Origin: Nemertoderma westbladi
Taxonomy: Eukaryota > Animalia > Xenacoelomorpha
NCBI GenBank assembly: GCA_032718475.1
Contig: JAUCBJ010004851.1
Location: 1-64,000 of the forward strand
Length of the DNA: 64,000 nt
Reading direction: 5' to 3'
Below are positions 1 to 9,600 of this stretch, piece by piece. The position numbers and the translations under genes are program-made. The notes under the pieces were generated by a model. It worked only from the letters and a program-made list of their open reading frames with translations, was not told the DNA's origin and searched no databases. The number at the start of each line of letters is the position of its first letter. The first letter of the stretch is position 1.

Positions 1-37
1 AAAATATTACAAGTGATAAATTTTAAACCGTATCGCT

Positions 38-307
38 GTAATAAATTGACACCATAGTTCTCACTCTAAAATTGTGAATCATACCGGTGAAAGATGAAAA
101 AACTAAGATCGAGTTATGTGTCTTAGTTTTTTTCATCTTTTACCGGTATGATTTTCGTTTTTAGGTCGATACCTAATGCGGGAATCAGTATCATTTTATG
201 CGGTGTCGTCTTCCGACCTAATACAATATACAACGAGTAAGATAATGTAGAAATTATTAAGGAAATAACACAATTTTAGAGTGAGAACAAAAGTATCAAT
301 ATATTAC
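38..307. repeat. Nested inverted repeats (foldback/MITE-like remnant)
   Basis: GTTCTCACTCTAAAATTGTG (57-76) is the reverse complement of 269-288. An inner near-perfect ~32-bp arm pair lies at 77-108 / 121-153. Confidence 0.6.
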
Positions 308-600
308 CATGAAAAAGATTACAAGTGATGAATTTTATTAAAAACATTCACTTATATATATAAATTTGCGATGTGGCATAGTCAACGAAGCATAGATGGT
401 ACGTGTCATAATCATCAACGAATAAGAAAAGAGATGGGGAGCAACGTGGATGAATGGTTGGTTGCATGAATATGAATCATAGGGTTGTGTGTAATAATCA
501 ATAATTATTATAATAAAAAACGCGCAGTATATAATGTTAGTGGTGGTGGTGGTGGTAGCCTTTCAATATGGCACAGATGCTGCTGGATCGGTTAGCTTGA

Positions 601-904
601 GTAACTAATATGGAAATATTCGTATACGTGTAGCTAGAACGTGGCGGAATTTCATCACGTATCATAATAGCGTTGGTGTAGGCAGGCTGCTCGGTTGATT
701 GGTTTGGCGACAGCGGTCGTGGAGTTGGTAATCAATATAATATCTGCTGTAGTTGGTGGCCACGTTGTCAGCATATACAGTATACACAGGTTGGTTGGTT
801 GGATAGGAAATAACTATGGAAATATTCGTATACGTGTAGCCGGAAACGTGGTGGAATTTCAACACGTATCATAATAGCGTTGATTGGTTTGGCGACAGCA
901 GTCG
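601..904. repeat. Imperfect direct duplication (~210-bp period) in the sequence into which element A inserted
   Basis: TATGGAAATATTCGTATACGTGTAGC...CACGTATCATAATAGCGTTG occurs at ~609-675 and ~815-882. Confidence 0.6.
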
Positions 905-1033
905 AAGTATAGAATTATATTCCCTAAATGCCGTGGATTTTCAAAATTTTATTTTACTCGAATTAACTTTGTAAAGATTGCTTTGAGTTCTCATTAGTAT
1001 TGGTTCTATCTATTATGCATCTATCGGTCAAGT

Positions 1034-1120
1034 GGTTCAGTAGCTCAGTTGGTAGAGCGTTGGAAATTATAAGTATAGTAGGTATCGAGTTCAAATCCTA
1101 GTAAGTGTGAATTATTTTTT
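1034..1120 (+). ncRNA. tRNA-derived RNA polymerase III-type cassette inside the LTR (second copy at ~11598-11684)
   Basis: A-box/D-arm TAGCTCAGTTGGTAGAGC (1041-1058), B-box GAGTTCAAATCC (1087-1098), T6 run (1115-1120). Acceptor and anticodon stems do not pair, so it is not a functional tRNA. Confidence 0.6.
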
Positions 1121-1175
1121 GTGTAGAATTTCAACTCATTTAAATTAACCGCTACAAATTAATTGCATTTGTCTG

Positions 1176-1360
1176 TACCAATAAGGCTGTAGTTATTTGA
1201 TTGTAACCAATGTCGTGCAAGTTATATATTAGCTGGACCAATAGCTATCTTTAAAACCTTGTTAGAATCTATAGAACAATCGAGAATTTTCTCGATTGAT
1301 TGCGGCACAAATTTAGTATATAAAGGTGCGATTTGTTCATTAGTTATTCAATTTCCATCA
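1176..1360 (+). promoter_or_regulatory. Pol II promoter of the element A LTR
   Basis: Three CCAAT boxes (~1178, 1207, 1238), palindrome CAATCGAGAA-TT-TTCTCGATTG (1277-1298) containing GAAnnTTC, TATATAAA at 1317-1324, and initiator-like TTCA motifs about 25-30 bp downstream. Confidence 0.55.
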
Positions 1361-2815
1361 TTCACTTTCTGTCTTATTTCAGATTACATTGTTTATTGTA
1401 TAATAGTTATTATATGTTTTGTAATAAAGTCAGAAATACTAGTCACATCTCTCAGCCTTTCTATCTGTTTTAATATGGTTTCACTACGGTGAACAAACTC
1501 AGGGACAGGATGGCCAGCTAGAGATCGGGCCACAGCAATGAACGGGAACATCACGGGAATGTAGACGAGAGACAACCCGCAATACCATCTAGTGTTATTC
1601 GCCCATCGCCTGAAAGGTTAGACAGCGTTCGATCCTTGCTACCTAAGTGTAAGACCAAAAGATCAAAGGTAGACGTAGTGACACGCTGTGAGCCCAAAAT
1701 TACATCATAGGGACTGTACTGTCTTGATTCAGGGAAAACCGCAGTAGACCTTCATATTCCTACGGGGGGGAGAGGGAAAGAGAGCAGATACTAGTACGCA
1801 GATAGGACGTAGGCACACCGGTACAAGGCATACACATTGGTTAGGGTGCAGCAAAATGTACGCTTAACTCTTGCTAAGTACAGGTGTGTGTGCGACTATT
1901 TGCAGTACGACCGTGTCTATTACATCAGAACTTGTAGGCTAGGGGGTTGCTGTGTTTTCACCTGAATTGGGATTGTACCGTTCAGGCGGTAGGGCAGTTT
2001 ACGCTAGGCGCAAATAAATTGAGGCTATCAGGGATATACTAACATCTACCGTGTCCCCGCCAACGCCCTAATAGGAAGTTACCCGGACTACCTGGGTGAC
2101 TAAAATTCTAGATAGGAGCCAGGATAGCTATTAGTACCCGTACGCCTACAGTAGTAAACTAACACATCTCTTCTCAGTATTAGGGACCTGGTACCTAAAA
2201 TTGCCGAATTCTGGGCGTAGTATTAACCTTATGCCTGAATTTGAGTCCTGGAAATACGCAAGAGGGGAAGGAACCTTATCATTCGTGAGTATTGGACCTA
2301 CAAGTTATAAAATTAGAATATTCGTAAAATGCACACCGTACCCAGTAATTATATATGTGAAGGAGCAAAACTGCTTTGACCGTTCAGAATTAACACACGC
2401 GCGTTAGAAATTATTTACACCTCGAAATATATAAAATTAACTTTCGTCCTTACTGCACTTTGCTCGCTAGTTAGCCATCTCCAAATCTGCTCTATACCTA
2501 GCTAGCGTCCCTTTGCCCAACCATATAAATCACACCGCGGCAAAGTATACGAGCCTTTTAGTCCGTCAGTGAGTCAGCCTGATTTTAGGATTCGCTGCGC
2601 GGGATTTTGTTTTATCGAAGTTTGTCTGCTCGTAGACTGTTTTCTGCCTCACCGGTTAAAAGAGATCGATACTGCAATATATTCGCTTACTTGGGGTTTA
2701 CTGTTTTGGTGAGAAGGTCGGATTTATGATTTGATTTACAAACTTTACAGTAGGATATTGCAGGTATTGTTACCGTCTCTTCCGATAGTAGGAATAGGCG
2801 TATCTCTCCAATTTA

Positions 2816-2826
2816 GTAGGAATATG
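2816..2826 (+). promoter_or_regulatory. Non-tRNA primer-binding site of element A, complementary to LTR 1753-1763
   Basis: GTAGGAATATG abuts the LTR end, lacks TGG, and is the exact reverse complement of CATATTCCTAC (1753-1763). Confidence 0.65.
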
Positions 2827-3032
2827 TTTTACTGAACTACGGTTCGGTAGGACTAAAGTTATTTGAAAATTTTGTATTTTGAGGTAAAAATTTATATTTG
2901 ATTAGCTAAGTGCTAATATTTTGAAATAAAATTTGATTTGAACCGCGTGTAAAATATTTTGGAATTGAATACCGGTGTTTAAAAGGGTTTAAATACCATA
3001 TTGTACCGGTACAAAATTTTCGTAAAGTAAAA

Positions 3033-3054
3033 CCTAACTCTTTTGTTTTTTCAG
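3033..3054 (+). promoter_or_regulatory. Candidate splice acceptor in the leader of element A
   Basis: Branch-like CCTAAC, then polypyrimidine TCTTTTGTTTTTT, then CAG. Confidence 0.45.
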
Positions 3055-3623
3055 GATTCAGAACTCATTTCTAGACTGTAACGGGAGCAAGACCGTGTTT
3101 AGCAAGTTTGGGAGATAGATAACTCAACAACTTTGGTTGAGAAAATCGCGTTTCGTCCGCAACGCTGGAAACGGAAAGGTTCACGTTCGGTTTGTATCTG
3201 GGAATCTGTTTTTCTGGAGAATTATTGGAGTGGGTGAGTTCGAAAAGTTGCATAAATAAGTTAGGCATTACCGTATTAGTTAAAATTATTGTGGGTTCCA
3301 CTGTCTCAAGTATTTATGCATTCCGTATGATTTCTTTGTTCATTGCTGAATTAGTCCGTATTATTGTATTTAATTTACCTTTTTGATAACGCATATCGTT
3401 ATCCGATTTATTTGTTATAAAATTGGCCGCTAGGCTAATTTTATTATATACTTATTCCGTGACATTTATTTGCTGTAAAATTGGCCGTTTAGGCTAATTT
3501 TATCCATCTGCTATAAAATCGGCCGGTAGGCTAATTTTATAAGACTGTAATTAGTACCGTTTTATACAAATACGGTAAACTCGATACTTTGACACTCACT
3601 TCACTTGACTTACAACTACCGAA

Positions 3624-6600
3624 ATGAGTGACAAACAAGACTATACGAAAAATACACAAACCGACTATGACTCATGTGACGCGGATAAGTCAGCAGCGGA
3701 AGAACCACAGGGGAAGACTCGCGAGCCTACCGAACCTACACCGTGTGCGTCACCAGTACATCCAACGGGAGTACCGGATGCCGTAGTACGAGGCGACGGC
3801 AGGACCGAGGACTTTCTAACTGTTCCGCAACCTAGATACAGGGAAACGGAATTGGTAAGTTCAGCAGGAAGCACAGAAAGTGTGGTTAGAAGCGTCGGAG
3901 GATACATGGCGCATATAACCAGGAGTATTGGAGAAGGCCAACGCATATTAGACGGGTTGACCGCTCCGATGTCTCGATTCGAGTTCTACACCCTCCAGGT
4001 TAGAGTACAGAGTAAAGTATATAAGTCCGTAGATAATCTAGTTGGCCTACAAGATCTAGCTAGACAGAGACAGGACATGGATACTCAACTTAGAATCCTC
4101 GAGAAACTAATGATCACTAGAGAGAAACTGATTCAGTTTAAGTCGACGATTAGACAGATACAACAGGAACAAGCGGACCAGTTGTTAGGTGAGTCAGTTT
4201 CGGACGAATTATTACAACCCGAGGAAGAACAGGAATTGTACCGACTGGATGGACAATTGAAACATCTGACGGACCACTTACGCATGTGCGGCGAAGACGT
4301 CGGCGATTTGGAAACCGTGCCGGAATACACGAGGGAAACTTCATTCGCACAAATCGAATCGGCACCGGGAATACTAAATCAATCATTGGTAAGTATTCGT
4401 AGCGAAATCTGCGAAGGAAGTATAGTCACGTCAGAAGTTGCTCGACAACAGCAGCAGTTCTACAGACAGCAACACGAGATAGAAGAACAAGCTCAACTTC
4501 TAATGATACAAACAGCAGTAGAGGAAGAGAAAATACGTGTTGCGAATGTAGCGAGAATCTCTCATTTGCAGGAACAAGCCGAACTCGAAGCGGCCGAAAT
4601 GGAAAGGTTAGAGTTGGACATTGCCCAACAAGCGGCAACGGCCGAGTTAGCGCAACGAACGGCAACAGCCGAGTTAGAGCGACAAACGGCAGCGGCAGCG
4701 GCAGCGGCCGAGTTAGAGCGACAAACGGCAGCGGCCGAGTTAGAGCGACAAACGGCAGCGGCCGAGTTAGAGCGACAAACGGCTGCGGCAGAGTTAGAGC
4801 GACAAAGAGTAGTTTCGGAAGCCAGAGTCGAGATGAAGACACGGCAAATAAAAGCCCAACAAGCGATACGACAAGCAGAGTTCGAGGCGCAACAACAACA
4901 AACGGAACAACGAGAAAAGGAAGTTAAACTTCGTTTCGAACTTGAGAATAGGGCGAGAGAATTAGCCGAAACTAAGGAAAATCTGGATCTTCTAGCCCGC
5001 GATCGATCGATGAGATCTCGCGACGGACATGATTTGGACCAGTTAGAGGTAAGACATCGCCAAATTCAGGAACGGAAGAAGGAAGGAAGCGTAGGAGCAC
5101 CCGGACGGGAACGACAATTAGTAAAAGACGTGTGTCAACGATTCCCACAGGTAACTCATATGTTTGCACCGGTTACGACTAAGGAACCTGTTTCGATTGC
5201 GGGTAGTAGTGATATTTCTCCTATCCATGGTGCGACGGAACACAGGTTTGTTATTCCGAACGAGTTTATACCGCCAAGAGCAACGTCGTCGCCTATTCCG
5301 AGAGTCAAGGTAAGTAACCCACCGATTACAGATCGTAGTAGTTTATTGACCGGACCTGCGCTACTGACGACAAAACAGGTGAGTCCACCTTTGACGCCTA
5401 AACCCGTTACACATTACGCTTACCCAATGACGTTTCGACCAACAAGGCCAGCGGTTTCAAATGCTGTCATTCGCCCACCGGTTCAGTTTACATCGCAATC
5501 TACGACTTCGAGGAAGACTTGTGAGCCTACCGAACAACGGAGAACAGTGGAGACGCGACCGTTCAACCAGTTTACATCGCAATCTACGACTTCGAGGAAG
5601 ACTTGTGAGCCTACCGAACAACGGAGATCAGTGGACGATGTTCCGAAACGAACCGTTAGAATTCGTACGACGCAACGAACGCGAGCACGTCGACCACCAT
5701 ATCCAGATGATAGTAGTACTTCGAGCGAATCGGATTACCCGAAACGCGAGGTATTTAGAACAGGGGCGGCCGATGAATATAAACGCGAGCGTTCAGACAA
5801 CTCTTTTGCAGACAACCCTCCACAGAATACACCGACACAGAAGGCGTTACCACCAGCGGGCGCGATCGGTGCGCAACAGTTCGCCGACATTGTCAACAAG
5901 TTGGCCCGGATTGAGGAACGTCTGGAGGAAGGTTACACCGACAGTTCGAGAAATTCCGAATTCGAACACAATAGACACCCGAAGGGACCACAAAGACCGG
6001 TACCTTCAAACCCCACATCGTATCAGGGAAAAGCGCCTAGAAGGGAGAACATCAACCAGACTACCAACCAAGGACGCGAAACTCTGAACGTTGCCGAGGA
6101 GATAGCGAAATTCGCAGCCAGACAGGGATTGCCGGTACAACAACCACCGAAGTTCTCCGGTAGCTCAAAACACTGGCATACCTTCGTAGACTATATCGAA
6201 TCCCAGATCGCCGTGTGCGCCTTTACATCACGGGAGAAGTTCAATTACCTGCTCCAAACGTTGTCAGGAGAACCTAAACGTTTGGCGGAGACTTTCGTCG
6301 GTGTACCAGACGCTTTCGAACTAGCGTACGATCGTTTGACTTCGATATACGGAGGTACAGTGAGTATGGCCAGGTCAGTAATAGAAGAACTCTGTAAGGG
6401 AGGGGCTATCACTAAACCCGTCGACTTACTAAAACTAGCTGACGAAATCAAGAACGCTATCACTACCTTAAGATCAATTGGACAACTTGATTACGGAAAT
6501 ACCCCTACAGTTTTATTAAAGATAATAGGACGACTCCACCATCGACTTCGTCGGGAGTGGAGGAAGGTCGAATATCAGCGAGAGGAGCGAGGAGGATTCC

Positions 6601-9600
6601 TGAAATTAGAAGATGTGTACCTTTTAATATCCAGGGAGGCGGTAGTAGAAACTCGATCTAACTATACCGACCAGCACATCGTGGCAGAAGGGATCACACT
6701 GCCATCCTCCAACCGACAAAAACCCCAGACAACATCCACAAAGACGGCCACTTACGCCACACCGACGGAATCACGACAATTCTCAGACGGTAATAGAGTA
6801 TCTGCGCCCATTGGGACGAAACAGACGAGACAGCAACTCAGCACCGACTTCAACGGCTGCCAATACTGCGAACATTTAGGTAAGCGGTATATTGGTCACA
6901 AGTTACGAGGTTGTCGACAATTTCGCGAGTTGAACTCAGAAGAACGACGGCTGCAGATACGGCCACTGGACTCTTGTTGGCGGTGTACGCAACACGGACA
7001 CGTCCGTAAGGATTGCCCAAATACCGACACTTGTCCATCCTGTGGACGCAACCACGACGGTCTGCTCCACACAGACAGCCACACGCCGACGAAACGCTTC
7101 GCCAGGGAACACCCGGAAGCAGCAGCGAGATGTGAAGCGGCTTACCGAAAAAGAGAATCGAAAACGACTCCGACTTTCGTGACCCATATAGAGGATTGCT
7201 TTTCAGAACAATCCGGATCGTCGGACGAAGAATCAGACGACGACGAATATTCTAATGGAGACGAACAACCGTCAATCGCGCTCCTGACCACTGACCAACT
7301 GAAGGGATTCAGTGTAATCCCGATTAAAGTTACTGGCACAAAAGGGAGTAAGAGGATTTACGCGATTCTAGACTCAGCCTCATCTCACAGTGAGGATAAG
7401 AATAAGGAAAATCCCGAACCGATATTGGCGAGGTGTTCGAATCATCAACAACTACGCTACCAGGAAGGAGGGTATCCTTTATCGAATCCATATCATTCAT
7501 TTGCTATGACCGGACCAAAGGCGGGAGAAACTGTCATTTACCCACCTAAGGTTGTTGAACCCGATGTATTTGAACTTACGCTGGACGAGGCGAATCAGTC
7601 AACCCGCGAAAAGAAAGAAGCTCTTAGCCTATACAGAGCCTACAAGGCTTTCGAGAAAGGTGAGATGGAAGAATGGGGTGGAAGACTCGCGAGCCTACCT
7701 TGCCATTGGACGTCACACGATCAAACTTCAGCTAAGGAGATGACACCGGAAGTTTTCGAGAGCATAAACTTCGCTCAAAACGTTATTCAGAGACTACAGA
7801 TTGCATCCCCGGAGAGGCCAAGAGAAATGCAACCGTATAGTACTTCAGCTACGAAACCATTGAGTACGACACTCAATTTCCCTATTAGTATACCAGTCCG
7901 ACAGGATACGACGTACGAAATACCCATCGTGGATCATCCAGAAATCATTTCAAACTTGGAGTTTCTTCCTGCAGTTGTTTTCAGCGATATGAGTAAGATA
8001 TATGATTTACGTAGACATATTACTCAAAAGGTCGTGAACAACGTTCCACCTCATATCCAAGATTTTAAAGAACTGGATAGAGCTGGTGCCGACATAGCTC
8101 CGAGTAATCTGAAAGGATATCTAACCAAGACGATTCGTTTATGGATTGGAATCGGAACCTTCGAGTCGGATACGGATATTGCCGCAGATTGGCGAGGTAA
8201 GGTTATTCGTTTCGATGAGGATAAGGATATAGAGAAGATTTGGCAACCTTCGGAAGAATTGTTGGATGAATGGACTAGGACGTTTAGATCGTTTCAGGAA
8301 AACGGTTATATGTTTTACGATAACGAGGGCGGCAGTCATCAGCAGAGTTTGACTTCTAAGACTATACAGATTAGAGCGGCGGACGGAGTCCTGCACGTTT
8401 TCAGTAGACAGAGGAGCGACAAACGAATGCCGATACCTCCAGCGAATACAAAGCGACACCATCTTATCACCGATATAGTAAAGAAGATGGACCAAGCTTG
8501 TAATATTGACGCTAGAATGCTACCGAAGATGGTAAGAAACATGATTTTAGATAAAACTGTTGTAAAGGTTGGATCAGGAGTAAGGGAGGATTTAATTAGC
8601 GACTTCGCCGGCATGACGGACAGCGATGACCGACTACCGACACCATACGTCGACACTCGACCTCTTATTCTGTGGTCTATAGAACAGGGATATTTTCGTG
8701 AGTATAATACTCAGAAGACTGGAACTGGATACATTTCCTACCTGTTATTCAATTGGGATTATAAGGAAGGTAAAAGAAACAAGTATATTGAAACTTATGG
8801 AGAAGGTGATACTCCAGATATGAGTGAGTTTGAATCACAGCTTAAATGGAGAGGATGCGTGTATTGGGCTATTACGTCACCTCCAAGAGCAGTCTTACAA
8901 TATTATTTAGCGATAGAGTCGTCAGTGAATGTTTGCCTAATCGCCGACATTGTGTCTCGGACTCTCAAAAGACATCCACTTTGTCTCGGAGAAGATCATA
9001 CGTTCTACATGGAAGGGAGAATTCGTACCGACGTGTTTAGACGATTCCTTGAACCCTTCTACAACTCCGACGCTCAGTGTAATGCCTTTACTCGAGCAGG
9101 ATTTAGCATATTTCGAGACGTGTATCTTCGCTGTGCGGGATCTCTTATCGAAAGACCATCTATGTTTACATTGTTACCCTATGAAGGAGAACGTATTGTG
9201 GAAATTACGGATGAATCACGGCAGACGCGCGCGCCTATCGGTCACCTCGGTGATGATTTCAACGTAACTACTACGATCGCCGACGATCCTTTAGAGGAAC
9301 TTCTTGAGATAGAAAGGAACCTCCCGAAGAAATCTCAGACGGAGATTCGACAACTTGAAGCAACAGATGCTATAGTTTGTATACAACCTTCAGAAACCTA
9401 CCAACCCATAGACCCAGATGATTACGATTATAGTATGGGAGGAAGCGCTCGACCGATTGGAGATCTTATATACGAACGAGTGTGGTACCCTGCTAATACG
9501 ATGTGTAGTAAATGTGGCGTCGCTGGACATCATATGGCAAAGTGCAGTGGAAAGCACATTACTACGACTCAGCTAATCTGTGGATGGTGTGGGGATCAAG

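Larger units (their letters stand above)
908..2815 (+). repeat. 5' LTR of element A (1908 bp; TATAG...ATTTA)
   Basis: Direct repeat of 11472-13382. By eye about five substitutions and two small indels. Confidence 0.95.

Noticed and set aside
1034-1110. Functional tRNA gene
   Set aside because: Only the D arm and the A/B boxes are intact; the acceptor and anticodon stems do not pair.
1259-2407. Short ORFs in the LTRs (and their duplicates at 11959-12974, 34534-34779, 48489-48734)
   Set aside because: No recognisable motifs; they are duplicated only because the LTRs are.
2830-2840. TACTGAACTAC pairing with the 5' end of the tRNA-like cassette as the primer site
   Set aside because: Imperfect, 14 nt away from the LTR edge, and it would engage the RNA's 5' end rather than a 3'-OH. 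The 1753-1763 match fits better.
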